The notes beneath the pieces were generated by a model, which made no database searches, was not told the DNA's origin, and saw nothing but the letters and a program-made list of their open reading frames with translations. From contig OX597814.1 of NCBI GenBank assembly GCA_951406725.2, positions 220,038,001 through 220,102,000 on the forward strand: DNA of 64,000 nt, in the 5' to 3' direction. Shown here piece by piece: positions 1 through 13,239 of the stretch. The stretch's first letter is position 1; the number at the start of each line of letters is the position of its first letter. The position numbers and the translations under genes were made by a program. Source of the DNA: Octopus vulgaris. Lineage: Eukaryota.

Positions 1-316
1 ACTGCAGAAAGCTTTATCTTACAGATTACCCTCAATCCAGATAACCAAGCCCCATCAATATCATGCTCCTGAAAGCCATAGGTGAGGAAAATTCAAAGCA
101 AACTGTATGAGAATTAGCAAAACAGCTCAACTTAAAGTCAAATTTCAAGCATAAAACACCTTCAAGAACTAGAAAAAGTGTCTAAACTTTGTCAGTGGGT
201 CTCTCATTATCTGACTGTTTCTCAGCTTAAAACGTTGCTCTCTGCTTGTCATTGAATAGTAGACTTGCAACCAAAACTTTTTACTGTTCAAAGAAAAAAA
301 TATAGAATTTAACCTG

Positions 317-497
317 AAATGGGATATAATAGGAAAGGCACAGCCTTATAAAAATAGCAGAGATGGTTGTGAACTTTGCTCTATGGAAACATGAAATTTT
401 AAAACATAGGAATAATACAAGCTTGTTGAATAACCGTTCTGAACTAGGACCATCTTGTATACATCGTACCACCCGTACGTTTAAATATTTTAAATAA
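317..497 (+). mobile_element. Penelope-like element (PLE) relic: C-terminal part of a GIY-YIG endonuclease ORF, frameshifted
   Basis: Manual translation gives KWDIIGKAQPYKNSRDGCELCSME, then after a frameshift LKHRNNTSLLNNRSELGPSCIHR. This fits the W-x-I...PY...CxLC-x-x-E...LLNxRxE...CxH pattern I recall from the C-terminus of PLE endonucleases. Confidence 0.6.
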
Positions 498-699
498 CAA
501 TATTCTGACCATTCCTAAATTTTCAAATCCTAATACTTTATAACCAAATAAAAATTAATATACCATACTAGCTTTTACTCAACTTGCATAGATTACTAAG
601 AAATTTCATTGCATATATGAATCTGAATATATAGAATTAAATGAAATTTTTTTTTTTTGATAATCTCCTATATTTAAAAAGAATAAAATTCTATGTATC

Positions 700-1205
700 T
701 AAGGAAATATATCTCCTTTACCTCCTCTATTTCATCACTGCCTATCACTATTCGACCTGTTGGTATGTTGTCTGACTGCATGAACTTTGTTTTCATGTGG
801 TTCATCTTGAGACCAACTGCAGAGCTTTTGATGTTGAGCTCTGTCAGCATGGTCTGAAGCTGATCCATGGTTTCAGCGATGATTACGACGTCATCAGCGA
901 AACGGAGGTGGGAGAGTAGCTCGCCATTGATGTTGACACCACCTTGCCAGTCGATGCCTCTGATGATCTGCTTGAGACATGCGGCTCACTGATAATCGGT
1001 GGACTTGCGCAGTTGTCAAGTGGTACGTGCACAAGCAGAAACGACCACTCGGAAAACCTCAATGATGGTGGAGTTACGATTTCAGGAGGGCAATTGGGAT
1101 CACGTGGATGAGAAAGGTGCAATCCAGAGAGGAGTGGACAGCATGCTGTGACTAGCGGTGTCGAGTGGATGCCCAACAGACTGGTCAGTCAAGGAGATCA
1201 AGGTG
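700..1205. mobile_element. RTE-clade LINE fragment with an inverted 5' part
   Basis: Minus strand ~975-700 reads GIDWQGGVNINGELLSHLRFADDVVIIAETMDQLQTMLTELN...GLKMNHMKTK (RT FADD motif). Plus strand ~978-1205 reads the RTE C-terminus (RLTDNRW...KRPLGKP...TWMRKVQSREEW). Confidence 0.8.
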
Positions 1206-2019
1206 ATATATATATATATATATAATTAAATTATGCACTTTATTGTGCTTTGCTGTCTGTATGATCCTCTGGTCAAAAGAAAAAGTGTCTTGTGTGAAAT
1301 TGTTCCAAGGTATGAAAAAGGTTGCAGACTGCTGAAATACACAGAAGAGATGAAAGAGACAAAAACTACAACATCTTGAAAATGTGATTTTTATTGTAAG
1401 TTTCAAAACTAATTTCACAGCAGAAAAAAAAAAAAAAAATGATTTTTTTTTAAAAAAGCATGATACCAAGAATGGAAGAAGGAGTTTATGTTGAAAACAA
1501 TTTTAGCATTACAAATAAGGGTTTAAACTGCTTCTGTATATTTTAATTTTTTGTCTTATATATTGGGATTATTGTTATTTTAATGAACAATTTGTTGGTC
1601 AGGATATTATTTTCTTTTTTGATTTCCTTTTTTTATTTGTTTTTATAATGGTGTTGGATGGTTGTGGTGGTGGTGGTGGTGGTGATGGTGGGCATCAGGG
1701 AAGATGGCGTGAATAATTACAATTTTTTTTTCTTTTTCACAACCAGAAACAGAAACAGAAAATGATGATCACAGTTGAACTAAGAGTGATCTTGTTGCTA
1801 TTAATTAATTATTATTATTATGTTGTTGTTGATATAGTTTAGTCTTGGGGGCCCATCTCTGATTGAGCTTACCTATGATCTAAGACATTCTAGCCATGAT
1901 CATTCTGTATTTTGCTCTCTCTCTCTCTCTCTATATATATATATTGATTGATTGATTGATTCTAGTTTCAGCTCACGAGCTGTGGCCATGCTGGGGCACC
2001 GCCATTTATATATATATAT

Positions 2020-2320
2020 ATATAGTGAGATGACGTGGCCTAGTAATGAAGGTACAGCACCCACAATCACAAGACTGTGGTTTCAATATCCTGACTGGCT
2101 GGTGTGTTGTGTTCATGGGCTAAATACTTCATCTCATGTTCTTCTGCAATCATATCAACATCTGATGTGTAGTGCATTGTGCACCTGTAAAGGTAACATC
2201 AATTTGATGGCATGAACTAATGTACAGCACAATCATTTGCTTACTGTAAACAAATCTTTTGTGCAGATTGTTCATCTAGAAATGGTGGAACCCTCATCTA
2301 TTGTCTACAACAGAAGAGTC
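2020..2320 (+). mobile_element. Degenerate tRNA-derived SINE (same family as 10570, 27085 and 49562 copies)
   Basis: A-box-like GTGGCCTAGT and B-box-like GGTTTCAATATCC, followed by a body similar to the other copies. Confidence 0.5.
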
Positions 2321-2364
2321 CACTACACACACACATACACACACACACATATATATATATATAT

Positions 2365-2674
2365 ATGATGCACGAAGATGGAGCAGGACACCTGCTAACC
2401 TCCACTACTGATGAAAAGATTCAGCAAACTCCAGAGATGGTAACGACGAAACAGTTCACCACTACCATCTCTCGGATCACTGCTCTTTGCTCTTCTTTGA
2501 TGTATTTTGCTAGTGGAGCGGTCACGCTTCACACTGTAAAGACTAAGTAAAATGGCACAATCAGGCTCAAACTTTGATCATGCGACCACAACGGTGCCAA
2601 CTATAAGCACACATGCGCAGAAGGCAATGTGACAATAGTGTTATGGTGGGAGTGCAGATAAGTTTTGACTTCCC

Positions 2675-2680
<6 letters not shown>
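2365..2680. mobile_element. Mariner-derived relic
   Basis: The peptide HEDGAGHLLTSTTDEKIQQ resembles the mariner GRP-linker region. The segment ends in a mariner-like TIR (TTTGACTTCCCTTCA-TA). Confidence 0.45.
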
Positions 2681-2710
<30 letters not shown>

Positions 2711-2965
2711 GGGAAATCATATATACACATATATATACAAACAAATATATCTATATACACATATATATACACACATATATATCTATATACATATATATAT
2801 ATACACACATATATATCTATATACATATATATGTATACACACATATATATCTATATACATATATATATATACACACATATATATCTATATACATATATAT
2901 ATATATACACACATATATATATCATATATACATATATATATATATACACATATATATATATATAC

Positions 2966-3040
<75 letters not shown>

Positions 3041-3213
3041 TATATATATATATATACACAATATATATATATACACATATATATACATATATACACATAT
3101 ATATATATATAACACATATATATACCCACATATATACATATATATATACACACATATATATACCCACATATATACACACATATACATACACATATATAAA
3201 CATATATGTATAT

Positions 3214-3248
<35 letters not shown>

Positions 3249-3377
3249 CATATATATATGCATATATATATACACATATATATACATATATATATATATA
3301 CACATATATATACATATATATACACACATATATATATATACACACATATATATACATATATGTACATGTACATACAC

Positions 3378-3408
<31 letters not shown>

Positions 3409-3515
3409 CCCATATATATACATATATATATACACACATATATGTATATATACACACACACATATATATACATATATATATATATACATATATTTATACA
3501 CACATATATATATAT
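2680..3515. repeat. Long compound (TA)n/(CA)n microsatellite
   Basis: About 830 bp made almost entirely of TA/CA dinucleotides. It is the source of the spurious YIYI/HIYT ORFs. Confidence 0.95.
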
Positions 3516-4036
3516 AAACTACACTGTCCTATGCTTCTTACATTTTTAAGATTTTTAAGACATTAGTTTGTGATTTGGGGGTGAAATAGCTGCTATTTAT
3601 AGCATGTCAAGCAATCATGAAGATATTCCAACCCTAACTTTTGCTTTTCCTTTTTCTTTCTGAGGGTGGGTTTTCCATAGAGATCCCATAGAGATCAAAT
3701 ATTCTTTGTGTTGTTTCGCTATATTCTTCTTCTGTCAAAACCCTCTCTCTCTCTCTCAAACACACACACATTAGATTATATAACAATTGCATTTTTGGTC
3801 ATTTCAGAAATAAAACAAAAATTTGTTGATAAATTTAAATAAAAATTATGTAAGATACTGTAATGTTTCCAGTGAAGTTTTTTTTTTTCCTTCTATAGGA
3901 ATAAAAATCAACATATTGAAATGAAGAACTTGGAAGCTGTGATGTATGATAACAAGCATCAGAAATGAAACAGTTCCAAGAAAACCCAGATGCAGATGGT
4001 TGGATTGTGAAGAACATTCCTCTCATTTTGCATTTC

Positions 4037-4067
<31 letters not shown>

Positions 4068-4079
4068 TAACAACAACAG

Positions 4080-4241
4080 TGAGCACAGAGCCACCATTTT
4101 GGAAGAGAGAGATACAGTCAACTGAATCAATTTCAATATATTACTGGTACTTATTTTATCAACCCCAGAAGAATGAAAGTCAAAGTTGATCCTTAAAGGC
4201 ACTCCTCTGTGTATGTCATTTACTAACTTTCACATTTGGTA

Positions 4242-4322
<81 letters not shown>

Positions 4323-5397
4323 GTTTGAAATTTTGGCACAAGGCCAGCAATTTTAGGATTGGGGGTAAGTCAATTACATCGACCCCAGGACTCAACTGGT
4401 ACTCATTTCATCGACCTCAAGAGGATGGACAACAAAGTTGACCTCGGCGGAATTTGAACTCAGAATGTAAAGATTTGAAAGGAATGCTACTAAGCATTTT
4501 ATCTGATGCTCCAATGATTCCGATAACTGTTAAGATGGTTGTGCTTGCACAATCACACATTTTCAAAGGACATCAGTGATAAAAGGTGAAAGAAAATATT
4601 TTAATGGACATCGTCCATTCAAGAACTCAACCCTAGTCAATGATACTTCACCACCATAAAAATTGTACTCATGATAAATCAGTATTGAAATATAAATAGT
4701 TATGGGTTGGTGAATTGACTCAGTTTGTAAGTGATTATAATTTTCTTTTGACTTTGAGGAGATGAAAGGCAAAGTTGAAACTGGCAGGATTTATGAGGAT
4801 TTTATTGACTAACACGAAAAAAGGAAGTATCTATCTTAACTAAGAACATTATCAGTAATGAAATATGAAACAATATTCCACAAGATATGAATCTGATACT
4901 GTATTCATTTGTAGATGGTAGCAGCACTTCTCTTAATGTAGTGTATTTCAGGAGTTTATTTTATCAAATCTGAGACAGAGAGAGATAAGGGCAAAGCTAT
5001 CTTACAGGCATTATGTAAAACTCAAAACAGTGAGAAAAAATAAAATAAACACTAAATAACACTAAGTGTTAATTCTGCTAAAAAATAACTATTTCTCACT
5101 GAAGCACAAGGCCACAAAGATTTTGGAGAATAAAATAGTTCACTGAATCACTCCTGAACCAAATCTTGTCCTGTTTATCAGGTTTCCAGGCGACTGCACA
5201 TGGGCAGTTTTTATTTGTCTATTCTATTTATTTATTTGAGAGCAATATTGCAACTCTAGCCCAACAAAACATGAAACATGAGTTTAACTATGAAGATATT
5301 TAAAATCTGAACAGTTGTATATTGAAGTAGTCAAATCTGATTTTCTAATGGTTTCCACTGCCCTAACAATTGAAACTGAATGATAAGAAAACTCATA

Positions 5398-5435
<38 letters not shown>

Positions 5436-5920
5436 TTTCTAAGTTAGAAAGACTTATTATTGTTTTTTGAGGTGTGATGTCTAGTTGATAACACCAACTC
5501 CATTACCAGACAGGTACATTTTTTAATTGACCTCAGAAGGATGAAAGGCAAGGTTGATCTTGGCGGGATTTGAACTCAGAATGCAAAGAGCTGCAAGAAA
5601 TAGCACAAGGTATTTTGTCTGATGCTCTAACAATTCTGCCATAAAAAAACAATAACCCAATAACAACAACAGCAACAACAATAACAATAATAATGGTAAT
5701 TCTTTCTAATTTTGGTACAAAACCAGTAGTTTTTTTTTTCTTTTTGAGGGGAAGGGGTTTAGTTGATATCATGGCTAGTGCTTTACTTGATCGACCCTGG
5801 AGGGATGGAAGGCAAAGTTGACCTCAGCAGGATCCACAGTATAAAACACCATAACTAAATACCTCAAAGCATTTCATGTAATGCTCCAACAATTCTGCCA
5901 ATCCAGTAGTAGTAGTGATG

Positions 5921-5954
<34 letters not shown>

Positions 5955-6425
5955 TGATGATGATGGTTTCTGATTTAGGCACATGGCCATCAATTTTGAG
6001 GGGATGGGGGCTCAATCAAAACCATCAATCCAGTACTTGACTGGTATTTTATTTTATCAACCCTAAAAGAATGAACAGCAAAGTTGGCCCCGGCAGGAAA
6101 AGAACTCAGAACGTAAAGTTTCGGAATAATTGTTTCTAATATAGGCACAAAGCCTGAAATTGATTGGGAGTGGGTTAGTTGATCATATCGATCCAGCACT
6201 TGACTATTACATCCTTCTAGCAAATAAGGACAATGATGGTTTCAAATATTTAAGCATGAGGTCAGTAATTTTGATGGAAAGGAGTTAGTGATAACCACTG
6301 ACCACAGTACTTGACTGGTACTTTATTGTATTGAAAACAAAGTTGATCACAGTGGGATTTGAACCCAGGATGTGCAGAGCTGAAAGAAATACTACAATGC
6401 ATTTTTTCAACACTCTAGTGATTCT

Positions 6426-6465
<40 letters not shown>

Positions 6466-7298
6466 TGATGATGATGATGATTTCACATTTTGGCACAAGG
6501 CCAGCAATTTCAGGGGAGGGGTAAGTCAATTACATCAACTCCAGTGTTCAACTGGTATTAATTTTATCAATCTTGAAAGGACGAAAGGCAAAGTCGACCA
6601 TGGTGGAATTTGAACTCAAAACATGAAGTTGGACGAAATGCTGCTAAGCATTTTGTCCAGCTAAGTATTTTGATATAGGCAAAAGGCTACAAATTTTAGA
6701 GGCAACAGTATTTTAACTGACCTCAGTATTTGACCAGTACTTCATTTTATTGCCCCCAGAAGGATGAAAAGCAAAGAAAAAAAAACTTTGGTGAAATTTG
6801 AACAGAAAATGTAAATGAGTACAGCAAAAAACCACAAAATATTTTGCCCAATATTCTACCGATTCTACCAATTCTTTGAAATAGTAACAATTTCATAAGG
6901 GTTGTAGTGTAGAAATGTATTTGATTGAATCCTGAATACTCTTCTGGTACTTTTGGAGATTGAAAGGCAGTGTTTGCCTGGCAGTATTTAAACTCAGAAT
7001 ATAAAGAAAGAAATATTTTGAGGTATTTTGTAAGGTCTAGCACTCAACTGTTTCTACCACTTCCCTGCTTTCATAATAATAATAATAATAATAATTGTTT
7101 CAAATTTTGGCACAAGGCCAGTCATTTTGAGGGTTGGGGGTTAGTCAATATTGTCAACTTTAGCATTTAACCGGTTCTCTATTTTATTGACCACCCACAA
7201 AAGGATAAATCCTCAGCAGGATTTGAACTCTAAACGTCAAGAGTCAAATTCAGTGAGGCATTTTTTAACATTATAATGATTCAGCCATTCCACTGATC

Positions 7299-7341
<43 letters not shown>

Positions 7342-7830
7342 CCTTTCTACTATAGGCACAAGGCCTGAAAGTTTTGGGGAAGGGTTAAGTTAATTACATC
7401 AAACCCAGTATTTCACTGATACTTAATTTATTGACCTTGAAGGGATTAAAGGCAAAGTTGAACTCGGTGGTATTTGAACTCGGAATGTGAAAACAGATGA
7501 AATACTACTAAGCATTTTGCCCGGCATGCTAACAAATCTGCCAGTTCATTACCTTAAAAATAATAATGGTATCAAATTTTGCCACAAAGGCAGCAGTTTT
7601 TCGAGGGAGGGGATGAGTTGATTACATCGACCCCAGTGTTCAACTGGTACTTATTTTATCGACCCTGAAAGGATGAAAGGTAAAGTTGACCTCGGCAGAA
7701 TTTAAACTCAGAATGTAGTGAAAGGCAAAATACTTATTTCTTTATTGTGAAGGGCAAAATACTGTTAAGCATTTCGTCCAGCATGCTAACAATTCTGCTG
7801 AATAATAATAATAATAATAATAATAATTTT
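4080..7830 (-). mobile_element. Cluster of more than 10 co-oriented tRNA-derived SINE copies separated by (AAT)n tracts
   Basis: A ~200-250 bp unit repeats: TTTGGCACAAGGCCAGCAATTTT...ACATCGACCCCAG...GGATGAAAGGCAAAGTTGACCTCGGCGGAATTTGAACTCAG. On the minus strand it has a B box (GAGTTCAAATTCC) and an (ATT)n tail. Confidence 0.85.
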
Positions 7831-8101
7831 AATAATAACAGTTATTAATCATAGGAGGAAGGGAATAGCTTTGATTATAGTGATCCCAATATTTCATGGG
7901 TGGGGTGAATAGCAAAGTTGCACTTCACAGAATCTGGACCCAGATTGTAAATAAAGACCTTGAACAACTATGACAAGTCATTGTGTCTGATGTAACAGAG
8001 AATAAAAGAAAATGTGAGACAGACAGACAGACAGACAGAACTTTTAATTTGGTTCTCATACAGCAATTCTATGACCAATCAAAACCCCTTTATATATATA
8101 A

Positions 8102-8475
8102 CTAGCAGTATCGCCCGGCGTTGCTCAGGTTTGTAAGGGAAATAACTATAAAGCATTTTTAGAGAGTTATAGCCAAAAAATAGAAAAAAAATGATGGTAA
8201 ATTTTTTTTTCAGAGTTAAAAAAGGTGGAGTTGCGTCCCCTAGACGGTCTGTGGTTTGGGTTTCTGATTCTCGACCCCATGTCGAATTTATCGATTTTTT
8301 CAGAACTGGGGGAACTTTTCAAAATTTTTGCTGCATTAGTTTTGAATTATGACATTGGGCTATGTGTGTGTCAAGTTTCATCAGAATCGGTTGAAAGCCG
8401 TGGTCAGGGTGAGGGTACAACCAAACAGACACACAGAAACCCACACAGACAAACTGCCGTTTATATAGAGAGAGA
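8102..8475 (-). mobile_element. Non-autonomous Helitron
   Basis: On the minus strand it starts TC and ends with a GC-rich hairpin (CCTGAGCAACGCCGGG) then CTAG, inserted between A and T. Related copies lie at 43697 and 52344. Confidence 0.75.
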
Positions 8476-8476
8476 T

Positions 8477-8760
8477 ATAGGTGGGAAACTACTACCTGTG
8501 TCATCTCTTGTGAAAGGTAGGAGAGTCCAGTTTGCTGGACATTGTTGTAGAGCTGAAAATGAGGCGATTTCTACTCTTCTCCTCTGGAAGCCATCTACTC
8601 GCAATACCAGAGGGCGCACACTCTCCTACCCTGATGTAATCTCCAGGGATACAGGCATCCAGCAACAGGACTTCCGTAATGCCATGATGGACTGTGAAGT
8701 CTGGCGTAGCATGGTAAATTCCATTGTCTCGACCATAGTCGAACAATGATGATGATGATA
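8477..8760 (+). mobile_element. 3' end of an RTE-type LINE with (GAT)n tail
   Basis: The ORF end reads RRVQFAGHCCRAENEAISTLLLWKPS...RGRTLSYPDVISRDTG...AMMDCEVWR, followed directly by GATGATGAT. Confidence 0.75.
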
Positions 8761-8904
8761 TATATATGCATATATCTATATATATATATATAAAAAGAAG
8801 AACAAGTATTTGGAATGAATAATTGATATAATTGGCTATTCTCCTCCCGAAAATTTCCAACCTTCAACCTATGTTTGAAACAGTTGTTGTTGTTGTTATT
8901 ATCA

Positions 8905-9135
8905 TTAAGGCAGTTAGCAGGCAGAATCATTAGCAAGAAAAACAAAATTCTTAGTGGTGTTTCTTCTGCCTTTCTGTTCTGAGTTCAAATTCCACCAAGG
9001 TCAACTTTGCATTTAGTCCAAAAGGGACTGATAAAACAAGTGCCAGTTAAGCACTGACAATGGTCTATGCAATCGACTAGCCCCCTCCAACAAAATTTCA
9101 GGACTTGTGCCTATAGTAGAAAGAATCATTATTAC

Positions 9136-9193
<58 letters not shown>

Positions 9194-9270
9194 GTGGGCA
9201 GATTGTCAGAATCATCAGTGCATTAAAAATGCCTTGCTTTTTCATATTGGCTTTTTACATTTAAAGTTCA
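8905..9270 (+). mobile_element. SINE copies of the 4-8 kb cluster family in plus orientation
   Basis: Head AAGGCAGTTAGCAGGCAGAATCATTAGC, B box GAGTTCAAATTCC, (ATT)n tail, then the start of a second head. Confidence 0.7.
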
Positions 9271-9477
9271 AATCTTGAGGGCACCGTCTTCCTCAATTTC
9301 TAAAGACACTTAAAGAAAATTACTTATAGTAACAATGATATTTCCTTTATAATTTTATATTTCATTTGAAGGTGAAAGGTGTGTGTTGTGGAGAGGGGTA
9401 TAACAAAGAAGGAAGGTCAATAAGTAAAATAAAGGTTAATCAACAGGGTTACATTGATGGCCTGTAAACAAAATTTG

Positions 9478-9879
9478 TTACTCTTTTACTCTTTTACTTG
9501 TTTCAGTCATCTGACTGCGGCCATGCTGGAGCACCGCCTTTAGTCGAGCAAATCGACCCCGGGACTTATTCTTTGTAAGCCCAGTACTTATTCTATCTGT
9601 CTCTTTTGCCGAACCGCTAAGTGACGGGGACGTAAACACACCAGCATTGGTTGTCAAGCAATGCTAGGGGGACAAACACAGACACACAAACATATATATA
9701 TATATACATATATACGACAGGCTTCTTTCAATTTCCGTCTACCAAATCCACTCACAAGGCATTGGTCGGCCCGGGGCTATAGCAGAAGACACTTGCCCAA
9801 GATGCCACGCAGTGGGATTGAACCCGGAACCATGTGGTTGGTTAGCAAGCTACTTACCACACAGCCACTCCTGCACCTA
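9478..9879 (-). mobile_element. Young tRNA-derived SINE, family A (internal CA/TA microsatellite, AAGAGT tail)
   Basis: The minus strand starts GGTGCAGGAGTGGCTGTGTGGTAAG...GGTTCAATCCC (A/B boxes). It is near-identical to more than 10 other copies in the window. Confidence 0.9.
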
Positions 9880-10308
9880 TGTTGATTATAAAATTTTAAT
9901 ATTTCACAGTAATTTAGGGTTTAGATCTGCTGTGTAGACAAAGATCAGTAAAAATTTTTAAAAATGTGATGGGTTTGTTTTCTTTGAAAATATTTACAGT
10001 AATTAGTTTAATATCCGTCCTTCAGATTACAGATGAAGAAGAGTGAGGAAACCTAGAAACAGAGAGGGAGAATGAGGAGACTGGGTGTGCAAGTTAATTT
10101 ATATGCATTCACATATCTGCGTCTGTAATTAGGTGTTTGTGAACTTGTATTTGTTAATATTTAATATAATTAACTTTTTTTTTTAATTAACCTCAATGAT
10201 TTATTTTTTTAACACTTGCAAACATTTTCATGTGTGTGTGGTGTGTGTGTGTGTGTGTGTGTGTGTGTACACATCTACGTTGTGAAAAAAAAACAACTTT
10301 GATATGAG

Positions 10309-10540
10309 TACTCTTTACTCTCTTTTACTTGTTTCAGTCATTTGACTGCGGCCATGCTGGAGCACCGCCTTTAGTCGAGCAAATCGACCCCGGGACTTAT
10401 TCTTTGTAAGCCCAGTACTTATTCTATCGGCCTCTTTTGCCGAACCGCTAAGTGACGGGGACGTAAACACACCAGCATCGGTTGTCAAGCAATGCTAGGG
10501 GGACAAACACAGACACACAAACACACACACACATACATAT
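10309..10540 (-). mobile_element. Family A SINE, 3' half only
   Basis: Near-identical to the 3' half of the 9478 copy and ends at the internal microsatellite. Confidence 0.85.
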
Positions 10541-10567
10541 ATTATGTATGGTACATAGCATAATGTG

Positions 10568-10870
10568 AAGGTGCACGGCCAAATGTTTAGGGTGTCACAC
10601 TCACAATTACTAGAGTGTGGATTTGATCCCTGGACCAAGTGGTGTGTTGCGTTCCTGAGCAAAACACTTCATTTCACACTGCTCTAGTCCACTCAGCTGC
10701 AAATGGACTAACACTCCAATGGGCTAACCTTCCAATCAGGGGGACTGTTGACCTGCTTGCCTAGCCTTTGAGGTGGCATTATTCAGAGGGCTAAAACAAT
10801 ACGAAGTGCATTGTCACCAGCAATCTATAACAACATTCCATAGTCTGGTAGGTTATGTGATCATGTGATA
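10568..10870 (+). mobile_element. Degenerate tRNA-derived SINE
   Basis: tRNA-like head GGTGCACGGCCAAATGTTTAGGG...GATTTGATCCC, followed by TGTTGCGTTCCTGAGCAAAACACTTCATTTCAC, which is shared with the 2020 and 27085 copies. Confidence 0.55.
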
Positions 10871-11266
10871 TTGTATAATAGCACCAGAAGTTATTTCTTT
10901 AGAACCAATCAAAGAAAAATTTTTTTTCCAATCTAGTTCTATTATGTAGTATACATTATATAATATGCATGACTAAATTGTTGTTATTATCGATACCTAC
11001 AAACATGGAGTGTAATTGGTCACCTGCAAGTTGTTGAAACGATTGTAAACTATGGAATAGATGTAATGCCATAAACTGCACTCTTCTCTTATAATCATTT
11101 ATACTTTACATCAAAAGGAAACCTTTTGAACTTTCTAGTTGTTCAAAACCTGATTTTCTGCAGGAGACATTCTCCTTTCTACAATTTCAGATAGCCATCA
11201 ATTGTAGGAGTGCTTCATGAGGTAGGCATCAGGATTATCTAATCTTTTCTAGCTTACAATATTTAT

Positions 11267-11322
<56 letters not shown>

Positions 11323-11687
11323 GTAGATAGGTAGATAGATAGGTAGATAGAGAGAGAGAGAGATTGTGTTTGCATGTCCCTTTTTCTTCACTGATACCTG
11401 CTCTCACATGATTAACCTCCCTATCTCCTTTTTTCCCCATTTTACCATTCTTCCACATTGTCTTATTTCTCTTACTTTCTCTGTCCCACATCGATTTTCT
11501 TTATCACTCTTTAAGTTCTTCCCTTGGTAATTTAATTCACACACTTTTGCTCTCTTTTACCGCTATTTCATCTTTTTCTCTACTTATATGGCCATGTATT
11601 ATAACCCATTTTCATTTGTTACACAACAAATAGACAATGCAAATTCTATGTAATAATAATAATGCTAATAATAATAATAGGAAACAT

Positions 11688-11954
11688 GGGTGGTTCTTTC
11701 AACATCCTTAAACAACCCTTATTCAGGGACCGTTTGAGCGGGATGGGCTACTCAACCTGAAGAAAATTCTAGCTGGGCCCCACCTGCAAGGTCATGTGCT
11801 GTTTATCTTGATATGAGATCACCATGTCGCGCACATATGGTTGTGATGCATGTGCCTAGTGTACCCTTATCAGACGGGTAGTCATGATGGGTATATTGGG
11901 CTTCGTATATTTTACCCCAGTGTCACTTTGATGGCATGAACTGCTCTCTCACTC

Positions 11955-11989
<35 letters not shown>

Positions 11990-11995
11990 TAATAA
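11688..11995 (+). mobile_element. Probable 5'-truncated non-LTR element 3' end, inserted in and ending with (AAT)n
   Basis: A GC-richer, non-coding ~270-bp block sits between two (AAT)n tracts. Family not identified. Confidence 0.4.
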
Positions 11996-12195
11996 TCGTT
12001 TTTACTATAGGCTCATAGCCTGAAATTTTAGGGGAAGGGGCTACTTGATTACATTGATCCTAATGCTCAGATATTATCGACTCGTAACAATGAAAGGCAA
12101 AGTTGACATCGGTGGAATGTGAACTCAGAACACAGAGCCAGATGAAATGCTTCCAAGTGTTTTGTTCAGCATAACTAACCATTCTGCAAGCTCAC

Positions 12196-12236
<41 letters not shown>

Positions 12237-12570
12237 TGGTGATAACAATTTTTAACAAAGATGATTGGGGGGGGGGAAAGACATTTATAAGACAATCCTG
12301 ACTCTTCCAACAGAATCAGTAATGTTGATTGGAGACAAGCAAATTCAACTGGACAACTGAAACTGAGTTGTGGACTCTGGTTCTGCAAGGATTTACTACC
12401 CCTTGATGCGCCACAGTGTTGTATGAAAATGCTGATGATATTGATGGTGATGACGAAGATGATGATGATGACAATTAATTAAGGAAAAAAAGACGTGTAA
12501 ATTGGGATTATTCTTATGGTAGTGTCAGCTGTTTGGCTGCAGCTATGATGGGACACTGCCATGGGGCTGA

Positions 12571-12627
<57 letters not shown>

Positions 12628-12696
12628 ATATGTATATATATATATGTATATATATATGTATATATATATATGTATATATATATGTATATATATATG

Positions 12697-12739
<43 letters not shown>

Positions 12740-12994
12740 ATGTACATATACAAACACACATACAAAACAAAGGTACGTTCTTAATAGCAGCGATGGTGAT
12801 GTGGCGGTGGGCGAGGGTGGAGGGCTTACCCCCCCCACCACTTTAAAGATTTTCAGGAAAATCATGAAAATCTGACAATGGTAGGTACATTGATCTATTT
12901 CATTCAATTAACTTGATTGCTTCAATGATTATTTTATAATAGCTGGAGTAAAAGAAAAAAAAAAAATTTCAACTGAAAAAAGTATGTGTGCATT

Positions 12995-13028
<34 letters not shown>

Positions 13029-13202
13029 AGGGTCGGGGATTGGAAAAAAGAAAAAAAAGAAATGGAAAGGACATAAAAATGGAAAATAAAAGAATAAAAT
13101 TGATGCGATATATTTTTTGGTTTTGACATTTAAAAAATATGTCAGGCATATTATAAATTAACTGGAATTTTGCATTCCTCTCATATATATGTGTGTGTGT
13201 GC

Positions 13203-13239
<37 letters not shown>

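Noticed and set aside
860-900. Minus-strand CTGATGA...GAAAC resembling a hammerhead
   Set aside because: It is the coding sequence of the RT motif FADDVVIIAET, and stems I and II do not pair.
2613-3566. 317-aa and overlapping Y/I/H-rich ORFs (also at 12.5, 53.8, 60.4 and 61.6 kb)
   Set aside because: These are translations of (TA)n/(CA)n microsatellites.
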